Origin: Felis catus
Lineage: Eukaryota
Assembly (NCBI RefSeq): GCF_018350175.1
Contig: NC_058369.1
Span: 14,820,001-14,884,000, forward strand
Direction: 5' to 3'
Length of the DNA: 64,000 nt
The notes beneath the pieces are model-generated. The model worked only from the letters and a program-made list of their open reading frames with translations, was not told the DNA's origin and did not search any database. Shown piece after piece: positions 26,701 through 37,630 of this stretch. Positions within the stretch are counted from its first letter, which is position 1. Each line of letters begins with the position of its first letter. The translations under genes and the position numbers were made by a program.

Positions 26701-29700
26701 TGGTAAAACATTAGAAAGATAGTGTACCCTGAATAGATATTCATCTGGAACAGAGGTCCTCAAACATTTTCAGTTGTTGTATATACCTCTTAAGAGATTT
26801 TTGGAACACCATATACCCTCTTGCACATTTTTGAGTTGATTTCATTGAAATCATTGAAATTTTTCATTGAAAGGATGGAAGTTCCCTCATACTGAAAATA
26901 GTGCCATTTAGGAATAAAGATCTCGGCATGAGGATGGCCAAGCGGTCTAAGGCACCAGCCTCAAGCTCCTGCTTCTCCTGGTCAGCGCTTCTGGTCTCCA
27001 CCTGGAGGTGTGGGCTCGAATCCCACTTCTGACCTGTCTCCATTTTTGTTCCAGCCATTGTCCTATCAAAAGTCTCACCTTGAACTGGCCATAGAAATAA
27101 AGCTCAGGTGGTGTTCTTTTAAAAGTATCCAACTGACTTGCTACTTTCTATCCATTTAGCAACACAGGAATAAATCCCCGAACTTAAAATTGTACATTGT
27201 TCCTTTTCCTTTCAGACTGAGTTTCCGTTCCCTACCTACACAGAATTATATCCTAATTTAACATATTGTTTGGAAAATTTTTTGTACCCTTGGCAACAAA
27301 AATATTTATATAAGTGGGAAATAATTTGTAAGTGTTTTTTTATTCATATGGGTCTAGTGCTGTCTTTTTTCCAGATTGAGTATTCATTACAATTATTACT
27401 CACAGTGTCCTAAATTTATTATAAGTTTTTATAAATAATTAGTATACCTGGTAAAATTTCACTGGAAATGCATATCCCAGTGCATTTTATTTTAGTGCTC
27501 TTGCTTCAATGAGCTCCTTTTTCTGTTATACTTAATTCTGGAATGAGACCATATTCAGTATCAATTCTATTCCTACTTTCTGTTTTTACAACTATATGTG
27601 CTGAGAAATCTTATTCATATAGTAAGTAAATGACAACAGAAGAAATTTTGTTAGAATCCTGTCATACAATTAATTATTTGAGCTCCAAGTTGGTACATCA
27701 AAGATTATATAATCTGTCATCAAAAATTCTTTTCAGTGATCAGCTGACAAAAACTAGCTATCTTGTGAAAGATTTGTTACCCAGTCATCTGTTTTAGAGC
27801 ATCAAAGAGTGTAGATGTGGAACAGAGCTCGTTTCACACTTGGATCATACATACAGTTCAGGGACTGGCTCCCAGACAGTTTGTTGTAGAGCTAGGATAG
27901 AAATACTGATCACTTACAGGATCTATGAGAATCCAGCTGTATAGTGTGTAGAATTGCGGCTATTTTAGAAATAATGCCCATTTTAGACCTTCTAGCAAAA
28001 AGAATAAAAGCTGTGTAAGTTGGCACGTGATTTATTTCATAATCTAGTGGCCAAGAGTCTCGAGTGATACATTGTCTCTAGAAGATACTGTGTGCGAGAG
28101 AAGCACGCACTAGAAAATGGCACACCCGGTTTTATCGGTCCCAACCCACAGCAGTGATTTTTACCATAATGTTATTATCTATTTGTGTATGTGAGGCTCC
28201 TTTAAAAAGCTATAAGGAAACCAATTCCCAGCTAACAGTGGTGTAGGCACGAGATGTTTAATTTCATACCACAAGCAGTCTGGAGGTGCATTGACTCAAT
28301 AATGCCATCAGGGACCCATACCCTTACCATTCTTTTGCTTTTGGCACCCTTGCTTGTGGCCTCTTTGCCACGAGATGGCTGCCATAGCCCCAGATGTCAT
28401 AAACAAGAGGCTCCCGGCTTATGGTGAGATGGGTTCAAAAAGGCTTTCTTTTGTCGGGGGAAAACCTCCTAGTAGCTCCCAAGAATCAGACTATGCTTCA
28501 TGGACAGAATTAACACTTCCAGCAAGCTGAGGAAACCAGTACCTGGCAGTGGGGTGGAGAGATCCATGCTTAGTTTACTTTTTTTTACCAACCCTTGGGA
28601 ACTCGGTGTGCTTCTCCTTTTTTTTTTTTTCTCCTTTTTCCCCACGTAAAGTGAGTTCTTATAAGCAAGGAAGTAAGGGAATGGCCCTTGGGTGAGCAGC
28701 AGGGTCTGCCGATGCCTCAGAACCTTTTCATCAAACTGGAGCAAAATACACAAGACAAATGGAGAACAGCTCCAAGTGACCTGGGGGAAAGGTCCGTGCC
28801 CTCCGCCCCCTGCTATTCTTCTGAGGTTTCATGGAGTGTAGTCTAAAAACACTGCTCCTGAAATTAGTTGGCCTTAAGTGGTATATTAAATTCTGAGTAT
28901 TATGTCATTAAAGAATCCTTCTATTCCATATGCATATTTGTTTCTTTTGGGAAGCCTCTAGGATTCACACAATTTTATTAAAACAGTGAAATTCTATAGA
29001 ACTCCATGATAACTTTGTTCCTCATGTTCCTTTTCAAAAGTGTATAAATTCTAAATAGCACATCCTTGAAGAAATGACTAAGGTCCCATGGTCTGAGAAC
29101 CAGTTTTTGGAATCAGAAATGATTAAGATAGGGGCGCCTAGGTGGCTCAGTCAGTTAAGCGTCCGACTTCAGCTTGGTCATGATCTCCAGTTCGTGAGTT
29201 CGAGCCCTGTGTTGGGCTCTGTGCTGACAGCTCAGATTCTGTGTCTCCCTGTCTCTCTGCCCCTTCGCTGCTCGTGCTCTGTCTCTCAAAAATGCATAAA
29301 CATTAAAAAAAAATGATTAATATATGGAGCCTTGAATAAATGATGCAGACCGTCATAATACTTAAATTACATTTGCTCCAGATGGGCTGAATCCAAAAGT
29401 TTACCTTTTAAATTTTCATTATTTAAGAAATAGTTTGAGGAGTTTTCCAAAATGAAAGTCTTTGGTAAAGTAACAACAACAAAGCCTATCTGCAGCCCTC
29501 GCTATCTCCCTAGGCTGTCAGTAGGGGAGGGCTGAATAATTTGTGACGCTTTCAAATCAAAATTCTGGGCTTGGGTGAAAAATGTCTAATTTGAATACTG
29601 TTGTAATTATGTTCCTTTGGAATACCACAAAGTGATATTTGTTGCTACAGCCTAGAGGAAGTCCAGAGTGCCCTTCAGAACAAAGAAATGGACTGCCTTA

Positions 29701-30561
29701 GAATGGCTGAGGAAGTTGAACGGACCAGAACTTTGGAATCCAAAGCATTCCAAGAAAAGGAACAACTGAGATCAAAGCTGGAAGAGTTGTACGAAGAAAA
29801 GGAGAGAATATTCCAGGTGCATTTGTGCGTTGGTTTTTCGCATATAGTTAGGACACGTGTAGGACCACACGTCCTGTGGTTCAGAGCCACTGTAGCACAC
29901 GTGGAGATGTCTGGTCAGGAAACCTGGGAACCCGGGCCCTCTAACGCCCTGTGCTCTTGGAAGGCATGAAATAATGTTGTTGTAAGAGAAAAATTAAGAG
30001 CGGTTCATTTTCCCCTCCCTGGATTGATCTGCCTGCAGGAGATGGAAATGTTAAGGAAGCAGGTGGAGAGTCTTGCTGAGGAAAATGGAAAGTTGGTAGG
30101 TCACCAGAACCTCCATCAGAAGATTCAGTACGTGGTGCGGCTGAAGAAGGAGAATGTCCGGCTCGCCGAGGTAAGCTCTGGGAATGATTCTAAGGAGACT
30201 CAGTCGGGTTTTAGAATGAGTGTGTAATTAAAGTTTAATCATTGAATCACTTAACTGTTTTTTGGGGGGGCACTTAGAATTAAAAAAAAGAAAAAATCAG
30301 TCATCGTCATTTCCAAGCATCACTCAATCCGTTATCAGACTCTTACACATCAGCTTCTTGTTTGACATTTAGTAGTTTACGAATTGAAAATTGTCATCTT
30401 AATTTGACATATAAACTTAATGCAAAGCATATCTTCCTGTAAGCCTTAGAGCCTGAATTTTTTTCTTCTTTTCCTTTTTTAAAAAATGTGTTCCCTAGGA
30501 GACTGAAAAGTTGCGTGCTGAAAATGTATTTTTAAAAGAAAAGAAAAGAAATGAATCGTAA
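3669..30561 (+). CDS. KIF15: KIF15 kinesin-12, 3' portion (19 coding exons, coiled-coil stalk and tail); 5' exons lie upstream of the window
   Basis: 19 AG/GT-bounded exons with compatible phases sum to 2196 nt (731 aa + TAA), ending ...[44 protein letters not shown], the KIF15 C-terminus; position upstream of TMEM42 matches human synteny. Confidence 0.97.
4222..4453 (-). mobile_element. Young feline-type Can-SINE
   Basis: CpG-rich intact body, long T tract, TSD AGACAGTTTTT. Confidence 0.95.
4928..5035 (+). CDS. KIF15: KIF15 coding exon (2 of 19)
   Basis: ttgcag|[36 protein letters not shown]|gtgaga, 108 nt. Confidence 0.95.
5462..5567 (+). CDS. KIF15: KIF15 coding exon (3 of 19)
   Basis: tcaaag|[35 protein letters not shown]+T|gtaagt, 106 nt. 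Confidence 0.93.
6440..6488. repeat. (GT)24 microsatellite
   Basis: Perfect dinucleotide run preceded by an A run. Confidence 0.98.
6529..6694 (+). CDS. KIF15: KIF15 coding exon (4 of 19)
   Basis: ttttag|(F)[22 protein letters not shown]...QLQLDSV(R)|gtagag, 166 nt. Confidence 0.95.
6760..7260. mobile_element. Old MaLR (MLT1-like) LTR remnant
   Basis: aacccaactcaaactagttaaac...tactggctcac and tctgaattggttttg motifs resembling MLT1; boundaries approximate. Confidence 0.5.
7631..7838 (+). mobile_element. Can-SINE
   Basis: SINE head and tail; TSD AAAAAGTTT(A/C)GCAT. Confidence 0.92.
8050..8288 (-). mobile_element. Can-SINE
   Basis: Antisense SINE; TSD ACCAGGCATTTGT. Confidence 0.92.
8775..8981 (-). 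mobile_element. Can-SINE
   Basis: Antisense SINE body ending ...gagccacccagacacccc. Confidence 0.9.
9707..9857 (+). CDS. KIF15: KIF15 coding exon (5 of 19)
   Basis: ataaag|(R)[50 protein letters not shown]|gtaagt, 151 nt. Confidence 0.93.
10066..10151 (+). CDS. KIF15: KIF15 coding exon (6 of 19)
   Basis: ttttag|[28 protein letters not shown](K)|gtgagt, 86 nt. Confidence 0.93.
11146..11215 (+). CDS. KIF15: KIF15 coding exon (7 of 19)
   Basis: tttcag|(K)[23 protein letters not shown]|gtgagt, 70 nt. Confidence 0.93.
11415..11433 (-). promoter_or_regulatory. Candidate CTCF motif
   Basis: Minus strand reads CCACCAGGGGGCCACC, close to the CTCF core consensus. Confidence 0.5.
11605..11691 (+). 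CDS. KIF15: KIF15 coding exon (8 of 19)
   Basis: ccatag|[29 protein letters not shown]|gttggt, 87 nt. Confidence 0.93.
11925..12088 (-). mobile_element. Can-SINE, internally deleted
   Basis: Antisense SINE; TSD TGGCACTGTTTCTA. Confidence 0.85.
12492..12596 (+). CDS. KIF15: KIF15 coding exon (9 of 19)
   Basis: catcag|[35 protein letters not shown]|gtaagt, 105 nt. Confidence 0.94.
13529..13651 (+). CDS. KIF15: KIF15 coding exon (10 of 19)
   Basis: ctgcag|[41 protein letters not shown]|gtacat, 123 nt. Confidence 0.94.
13873..14364 (-). mobile_element. ERV solo LTR (ERV1/gamma-like, 4-bp TSD)
   Basis: 492 bp flanked by CTGG (13869-13872, 14365-14368); on minus: TATAAAAA (14018-14011), AATAAA (13933-13928), 3' end ...CAACA, 5' end CG instead of TG. 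Confidence 0.8.
14562..15058. mobile_element. Two Can-SINEs in opposite orientation (+ 14562-14790, - 14862-15058)
   Basis: SINE bodies with (CT)n; second has TSD CTTCCAGA. Confidence 0.88.
16255..16460 (+). mobile_element. Can-SINE
   Basis: SINE head, (CT)-rich middle, A tail. Confidence 0.9.
17148..17380 (+). mobile_element. Can-SINE
   Basis: SINE head, (CT)n, A-rich tail. Confidence 0.9.
18201..18435 (+). mobile_element. Can-SINE
   Basis: SINE body with (TAAA)n tail. Confidence 0.9.
18612..18758 (+). CDS. KIF15: KIF15 coding exon (11 of 19)
   Basis: cgacag|[49 protein letters not shown]|gtgagg, 147 nt. Confidence 0.94.
19051..19478. mobile_element. Can-SINE (+) with a younger antisense Can-SINE inserted in its tail
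   Basis: + element 19051-19250; - element 19253-19478 flanked by TSD CATTAAAAATGTTTTTT. Confidence 0.92.
19791..19892 (+). CDS. KIF15: KIF15 coding exon (12 of 19)
   Basis: tctcag|[34 protein letters not shown]|gtacct, 102 nt. Confidence 0.94.
20162..20326 (+). CDS. KIF15: KIF15 coding exon (13 of 19)
   Basis: ttttag|[30 protein letters not shown]...NAEILRMK|gtaact, 165 nt. Confidence 0.95.
20714..20940 (+). mobile_element. Can-SINE
   Basis: SINE body; TSD-like AAGA(A/G)TAAGA(T/C)GGAG. Confidence 0.9.
22064..22173 (+). CDS. KIF15: KIF15 coding exon (14 of 19)
   Basis: tcttag|[36 protein letters not shown](S)|gtgaga, 110 nt. Confidence 0.94.
23504..23731 (+). mobile_element. Can-SINE
   Basis: SINE body, A tail, TSD-like CTTTATTTC. 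Confidence 0.9.
23805..24010. mobile_element. MER58-like hAT DNA transposon remnant
   Basis: atccagcccacag...gttttattgga...gagacc...caaagcctagaacattt...ctggccc pattern. Confidence 0.6.
24902..24974 (+). CDS. KIF15: KIF15 coding exon (15 of 19)
   Basis: atgcag|(S)[24 protein letters not shown]|gtacaa, 73 nt. Confidence 0.92.
25454..25491 (+). CDS. KIF15: KIF15 coding exon (16 of 19), 38 nt
   Basis: ttacag|[12 protein letters not shown](D)|gtaagt; needed to join the phases of the flanking exons. Confidence 0.92.
25828..26262 (+). mobile_element. Full plus 5'-truncated Can-SINE inside one TSD pair
   Basis: AAAACCTTGAGGCCC on both sides (about 25813 and 26263). Confidence 0.9.
26412..26613 (-). 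mobile_element. Can-SINE
   Basis: Antisense SINE body. Confidence 0.88.
26751..28854 (-). mobile_element. hAT-Charlie family DNA transposon fossil with later insertions
   Basis: Degenerate terminal inverted repeats CAGAGGTCCTCAAAC ... GTCTAAAAACACTG; minus strand 27607-27554 reads [18 protein letters not shown], like the hAT C-terminal dimerisation motif; MLT1-like sequence at about 28200-28740. Confidence 0.65.
26928..27034 (+). pseudogene. tRNA-Leu(CAA)-derived pseudogene retaining its intron
   Basis: AGGATGGCCAAGCGGTCTAAGGCACCAGCCT-CAA-G, 23-nt intron 26966-26988, TTCTGGTCTCC..TGGAGGTGTGGGCTCGAATCCCACTTCTGAC; matches mammalian Leu-CAA layout; acceptor-stem mismatches and TTC to CTC in the T loop; TTTTT at 27043-27047. 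Confidence 0.88.
29131..29313 (+). mobile_element. Can-SINE
   Basis: SINE body; TSD AAATGATTAA(G/T)ATA. Confidence 0.9.
29651..29816 (+). CDS. KIF15: KIF15 coding exon (17 of 19)
   Basis: ctacag|(D)[55 protein letters not shown]|gtgcat, 166 nt. Confidence 0.95.
30039..30170 (+). CDS. KIF15: KIF15 coding exon (18 of 19)
   Basis: ctgcag|[44 protein letters not shown]|gtaagc, 132 nt. Confidence 0.96.
30499..30561 (+). CDS. KIF15: KIF15 last coding exon
   Basis: ccctag|[23 protein letters not shown]. Confidence 0.95.
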   Translation, partial: ETEKLRAENVFLKEKKRNES

Positions 30562-30802
30562 GGATCTTGGTCAACTACGTAGGCATCACCTCTTGGGAGG
30601 CTTTCTTCTTGCAAAAGTAAGACCTACACTTGTGCATTTAACAGAGCCGAATTAAGAGCATGATTCCTGCGTGTGGGGCAGCAGGGCTGACATTCAAGTT
30701 CTGCATCCACACACACCCTGTGGCAGTGGGCTTAGAAGTTACCACCCCATTTCAGAGCTTTAAATCGACTGTAAATACTGGGAAAACCTTTTGCCTTTTT
30801 AA

Positions 30803-31123
30803 AATAAAAACCTGTAGCCAAGGTTTGCAGTGGGTGTTGGCCAGGTCATTTCTTCCTTAGATGCTATCATACTCTCCTCGGAGGCCTGTAGCAGAAGCTC
30901 TAACAATATGTGGTGGTTTCAGGACTTGCCATGAGGTTCATGTTCGTGTAGCATGTGTGAAAGGCAAACTTGTTTAATATAGGTTATTTTGTATTCCTAC
31001 TTTATTCTCATGAGCATTTTTTTTATGACTGTAAATATGGCCAGTTTTCAAAATGTAATAAAATCCCTTAAACACAGTTTCGTAAAGTGATTTACATTGT
31101 TCACTTCGGAAAGCTGAATTAAA
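30803..31123 (+). terminator. KIF15: Candidate KIF15 poly(A) signals
   Basis: AATAAA 30803-30808 and 31057-31062, ATTAAA 31118-31123. Confidence 0.65.
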
Positions 31124-31229
31124 GGCTTGTTCGTTCAACTTGTACTTAATGAGCGTCCGTCTTCCGCCTGGCACTGGTTGTCAGTGAACACAGCAAACAA
31201 AGCCTGCTGTCCCCCAGGAGCTTCTGTGT

Positions 31230-32000
31230 GTTAGCACTTCATTCCTTTTTGTTGTGAATATCTCATTGAAAGGATAGGCCACATTGTATTTACTCACCAT
31301 TTGATGAACATCTGAGCCGTTGGCAGTTTGGGGCTACCCTGAATAATGTGGCTATAAATATTTGTATAGAAGTCTGGGTGGTGACTTACGTTTCCTATTT
31401 GTTGAGTAGACACCTAGGAGTGGAATTGCCGCTAAGTTTGTGTTTAGCTTTTTAAGACGCCAGTTTACTTTTCCAGATGTGCTATTTGGTTGCACCATCT
31501 ATGTTCCCACCAGCAGGGCGTTCAGTTTCTCCATGTCTTCAACCCTTGTTCTGGTCAGGTTTCTTACTGTAGCCATCCCGGTGGGGTGCAGTGGCTCATC
31601 ATGTAAACGTTCTCCTAATGACTAATGATACTAAGCATTTGTTACATAGAACACGGTACTCAGCAATAAAAAAGAGGCAAACTGACAAATGCCACAACAT
31701 AAGGAACCTCAAAAAGTTAAAGAAGACAAACCCAAAAGATCGAATACTGTATGATTCCATTTATGGGAAAGGTCCAGAAAAGGCAACATTATAGAGATAG
31801 AAGGCAAACCCGCGGTTGCTGTTGGCTGGGGATGGGAGCGGGTGACCGTATGGGCAGGAGGAAACTTTTTGATAGGGGGGAAATGATTTGGTTTGTTGTG
31901 ATGATTGCATAGCTCTGTAAGTTTACTAAAAATTAAACTATATTCAAAATGGTTTCATTTTATGGTTTGTAGATTATACCTCAATAAAGCCAAGGAAAAA
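31230..32000. mobile_element. Old LINE-1 3' fragments (antisense then sense)
   Basis: acacctaggagtggaattgc and atactgtatgattccatttat...ttatacctcaataaagc motifs. Confidence 0.65.
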
Positions 32001-32022
32001 CAATTTAAAAAATTAATGCTTA

Positions 32023-32410
32023 GGGGCGCCTGGGTGGTTAAGCGTCCAACTTCAGCTCAGGTCATGATCTCACAGTCCGTGGGTTCGAGCCCCGTGTCGG
32101 GCTCTGTGCTGACAACTCAGAGCCTGGAGCCTGCTTCGGATTCTGTGTCTCCCTCTCTCTTTGCCCCTCCCCTGCTCATGCTCTGTCTCTGTCTCAAAAA
32201 TAAAACACTAAAAAAAAATTAGTGCCTAGTTGAATTCTCAAGGAGTAATAGTAAATCCTTGAGAGTCAGAAACAGAAAAGAAATTAAAATTCATGAAGGG
32301 GGCACCTGGTGGGCTCGGCTGATGGAGGATGCAACTCTTGGCCTTGGGGCTGTGAGTTCAAGCCCCACGCTGGGTGAAGAGATTACTTAAAAATAAAATC
32401 TGAATAATAA
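32023..32410 (+). mobile_element. Two Can-SINEs (32023-32220 and a short one at 32298-32410)
   Basis: SINE heads and tails. Confidence 0.85.
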
Positions 32411-32519
32411 AATTCTGTGTAAGGTAGAGAGTAGAAACTGAGAACGCCCTGAAGGTGGAGAAGGGTTGGAATATTGAAGCTGGTACTAAAGAGGCTTGGG
32501 TCTCAACTCACTCACCTAT

Positions 32520-32940
32520 AGGAATGTCTGGGGGCTGCTAGAACAAATTACCACAAAAGGGGGGGGGGGCTGAAAACAAATTGATTCATAATTTCTGGAG
32601 GCTAGAAGTCCCGAAATCAAGGTGTGGCAAGGCCGTTCTCTCTGAGGGAGCATCGGTTCCATGCCTTTCTCTTAGCTCGTGGTATTGACAGCAGCCCCTG
32701 ACATTCCTTGGCTGGTAGATGCATCACTCCAATCTGCCTCCCTTATCACATGGTGTTCTCCCTGTGACTCTGTCTCTTATAAGGACACCAGTGAAATTAG
32801 GGCTCATGCTAATGACTTCTTAATTTGTCTACATCTGCAATGGATTCCATTTCCAGTAAAGGTCACATTCACAGGTGTGGAGGATTAAGACTTAAACGTA
32901 TCTTTTTGGGGTGGGGAGGGGGACACAATTCAGCCTATAA
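32520..32940. mobile_element. MLT1-type MaLR LTR
   Basis: ggctgct..aacaaattaccacaaa..ttctggaggctagaagtcc..aaggtcacattcacagg..ggggacacaattcagcc. Confidence 0.75.
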
Positions 32941-33334
32941 ATAGCAGTTATCAGGATTATCTTTGCCTTAATTTGAGCCACAAAACAAACCCCCCTGTGA
33001 GAGAGGGGGGCAAGGAAGGACTTCATGAAAAACTTTCTGAATGGAAAAAAAAATACTACTGAACAGTTCAGTGTGAAATCATACTAAATAAAAAAGGCTC
33101 ATACAGATTACATAAACTATTTTTAACATGTGCTATATATAAAACTATGCATAGAAAGTACTCTAATAATATTTAAACATTTAAGTGCATAGGAAATTAG
33201 AAGTAACGTTAATCCTGGTTATCTGACTGGAGTGAATATGGATGATTTACTCTATATTCAAAATACATCTGCGCCTTTTGATTTGTCCGAAAACCCTAAC
33301 CCGAGCTCGCCTTCTTCCTGAGTCGTGGAGATCT

Positions 33335-33351
33335 CTAGCGCCCTCTGCTGA
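33335..33351 (-). promoter_or_regulatory. Candidate CTCF motif between KIF15 and TMEM42
   Basis: Minus strand TCAGCAGAGGGCGCTAG. Confidence 0.6.
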
Positions 33352-33374
33352 GGAGTCTTTCCACTTTGCGCCTC

Positions 33375-33500
33375 AATCTGGAAGGTGCAGGTCAATCTCC
33401 TGGGGCTCCTGTTGAAATGCAGATTCTGATTCAATGGCAGTTGGGCGGGGCCTGGATTGGGCATTTTTAACAAATTCCCAAGGAAAGCCGAAGCTTGGCA
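33375..33500. mobile_element. MER5A-like hAT remnant
   Basis: gttgaaatgcagattctgattca..gggcggggcctg..gcatttttaacaaattcccaagg. Confidence 0.6.
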
Positions 33501-33559
33501 ACACTCTGGCAAGGATTGAAACTGCCGGGTCATGGATAGTTAATTCTATAACAGCAACC

Positions 33560-34306
<747 letters not shown>

Positions 34307-35359
34307 TAAGCCCCTTATGCCTGGACCTTTCTCTCCTCGTAACTCAAGGTGAGAAGCCTGTTGCCCATCTTTAATCCGTAATTAACGGGTGTTTTGACCA
34401 GTATATACCCTGCTGCCCGGAAAATTGGGAGTTTGGGACACCTAGACATGAGAGGACAGAGAAACATTTTGGACATTCCCATCCCTGATGCCGAGAACTC
34501 CTAAACTGCCTCCCCACGCCTGCTGAAGTGTATCTCTGCCCCTCCCATCCCAAGTCACAGGCTCTCCTCTGCTGCTGGAGGGATTTCATCGCATCTGCAA
34601 CCCAGGGTTAGGTCCTTACCTGGACAGCCTACAGACTGATTCTTGGGGGGGGGGGGGGGGGGGAAGGGGAGGGGCCAGGGGGCGGGTAAGCCTGTTTAGG
34701 GCCAATCCAGTGGGAACCACTATGCTTGAGGTTAGCGTTCTGTTGGGTGTAATTCTTGAAGTGATGCAAAGTTAGATGAGTGACTCTGAACCATGAGGTT
34801 TTCTAGTCTTTTTAGTTGTGCACCAGGCCTTAGTGACTATATAAGCAGACTGCCACTGGCACAAAGAGTGCTTTTGTGAAAATTATACAAAGACACCCTT
34901 TCCTTAAGACACTCTTTTTTCAGCAGCTGGAAAACTGTTGTAAGAAATAAGAGCCTGATATTTGGATGGCCACCCCCAGAGGAAGCAGCTCTGTTTGCAG
35001 GAAGGTTTCTAACTCAAAATCAAGCAAGGGTGTCTTGCATATTCTTTGTGTAGGAGGCTTAATTTAAGATCCTCTCCTCCAGGTTCTCGCCTTTAAAAAA
35101 AAAAAAAAAAAAAAAGGGAAAGGAAAGGAAAAGAAAAAAAGGCCGCGGATTCTCCCAGTGATGTCTGGGATCAGTAGTCAAGTCGGTGGTGGCTTCCCTT
35201 CCCACAGCAGGGCTGTGTCCTGATTAAGAGCATGGAGCCACACTGCCTGAGTTTGAATCCTGGTGACTACCACCAGCCTTTGGCTCTTTAGGCAGGTTAT
35301 GTAATGCCTTAGGTTCTTTATCTGTAAAGTAAAGGTAAGGAATAAATGAGAATGCACTT

Positions 35360-35568
35360 GGGGCGCCTGGGTGGTGCAGTCGGTTAAGCGTCCGACTTCA
35401 GCCAGGTCACAATCTCGCGGTCTGTGAGTTCGAGCCCCGCGTCGGGCTCTGGGCTGATGGCTCAGAGCCTGGAGCCTGTTTCCGATTCTGTGTCTCCCTC
35501 TCTCTCTGCCCTTCCCCCATTCATGCTCTGTCTCTCTCTGTCCCCAAAAAAAAAAAAAAAAAAAAAAA
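35360..35568 (+). mobile_element. Young feline-type Can-SINE in TMEM42 intron 1
   Basis: Pure A tail; perfect TSD AAATGAGAATGCACTTG. Confidence 0.95.
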
Positions 35569-36098
35569 TGAGAATGCACTTGAAACACTTGGCACAGGGC
35601 CTGGCACAGAGTGAAAAAAAAAGCTCGAGGATGCCCAGCGGGACTGACCTGAGTGTCCTGTAGCCTGCATGGGATGGGGTGGGGTGGCGGGGCATGGGCT
35701 AATTCATGCTTTACCTGATCCCAGGAAGTGAGGACTCTGCCCCTGGTTTACTCATACGACATACTGACCGATAACTGCTTGGCTGTCTCGCACTGATCTT
35801 TTAGCACCAACAAGTGACTGGTGTTCCAGAGAAAGTACTGGTTATGGCTTAGCAGTTTACTCTTCCCAAGGACACATGGCCGGCAAGATGGCTGAAGAAG
35901 TCTCCTCGGGGTTTATTTCAGCCATAAAACGGGTGTGCTGAGCACAGCGTTAAGTGAAGTCTTGTGCAGGAAAGCTCAGGAACGGCCCACCCAGGCTCTG
36001 GTGGGATCTCAGAAGGGGCCCAGCTGCTGCCCATCAGGGCCCTGGGTGTGCTGGGAGGAAGGCTGCGGGTCTGCCTTGGCCGAGCGCGGCTGCAGTGA

Positions 36099-36350
<252 letters not shown>

Positions 36351-36932
36351 TAGGAGGAAAGACAAGAGCTGAAGCAGAGATTGGGCTGTGGCTTGAGCCC
36401 TGGTGGCTGCTCCTCTGATCTCGAACTTGGTAGAATCCTCAAGTGTTAGCTGGGAGTGAAGGCCAAGTGTAAAAAAAAAAAAAAGCCCACCTGCCTGCTG
36501 CCCCTTCAGGATGCAGCCCTCATGCTGATGTCTCTGTAACCTCTGTGCAAGCTGTCTCCTAGGGGTCTGTAAACTTGAGCGTGAGACATGGAGGGTGGAC
36601 GCTGTTTCCTCCGACAGCCTGATGTCAACCAGGTGGGGCTGAGCCCAGTCAGTCCTGCCGTCGAGGGAGGGAGGACATGGCAGGCCTGTTTGGATCAGCA
36701 AACACCAGGCACCGGCTGTGTGCTGGGCCTTCGCTGCTGGCCTCTGCGAATCTTTCTTGCGCACTTTGCTCGGGGCCAATGCTGCAAGGAAGGTACACTC
36801 CCCCCACCTCTCCAGGGGAGCCAGAAATGGATAGTGCCTTGCGGAAGGTGACAGCTGGGTTTCAGGCTCCAGACCTCCAGCTCCAGACCTTTCCTCCTGC
36901 CCCAGGAGGGAAGTCAGGCACAGGGGGAGTGA

Positions 36933-37148
<216 letters not shown>

Positions 37149-37624
37149 CATCGGTTGACTGGACGGACTGGCTGGAGAGACAACGCGAAGGCCCGAGGAA
37201 CGGGCTGGCGTGTGGGGGGACCACTTCCCAGGGTGATCTGGGCATGCAGCCATCTGAGCGTCAGCCAGAGGAAGGCGCCCCCAAGGGAAGCAGGCCTCTG
37301 ACCTAGCAGCCTGGAGTGTGGCCAGCCGGAGCTTCTGGATCAGGAAGGACATCCACAGTTTTGTGTTCTGCCCGGAGCCCTGATGACACCCGCACAGTGC
37401 TTTTGATTCTCACGCTCCTGGGCCCACCCAGTGCCCCTTGGCAGACGCTGGAGACCCCGGGGTTGGTCTGCTTGGTGTAGGGACTTGAGACCACTCTGTA
37501 ATCGTAGTCCTGTCGCGTCGCATTGGAATCGGTTGCTGGTGGAGCTTTCTGATGGCTTCACGCTGATGTATCAGGACATCTGTGTGGCCCTTCTGCAGTA
37601 CGGCAAGGGAAGGGAAACTGGATT

Positions 37625-37630
37625 AATAAA
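37625..37630 (+). terminator. TMEM42: TMEM42 poly(A) signal
   Basis: AATAAA followed by U/GU-rich sequence. Confidence 0.8.
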
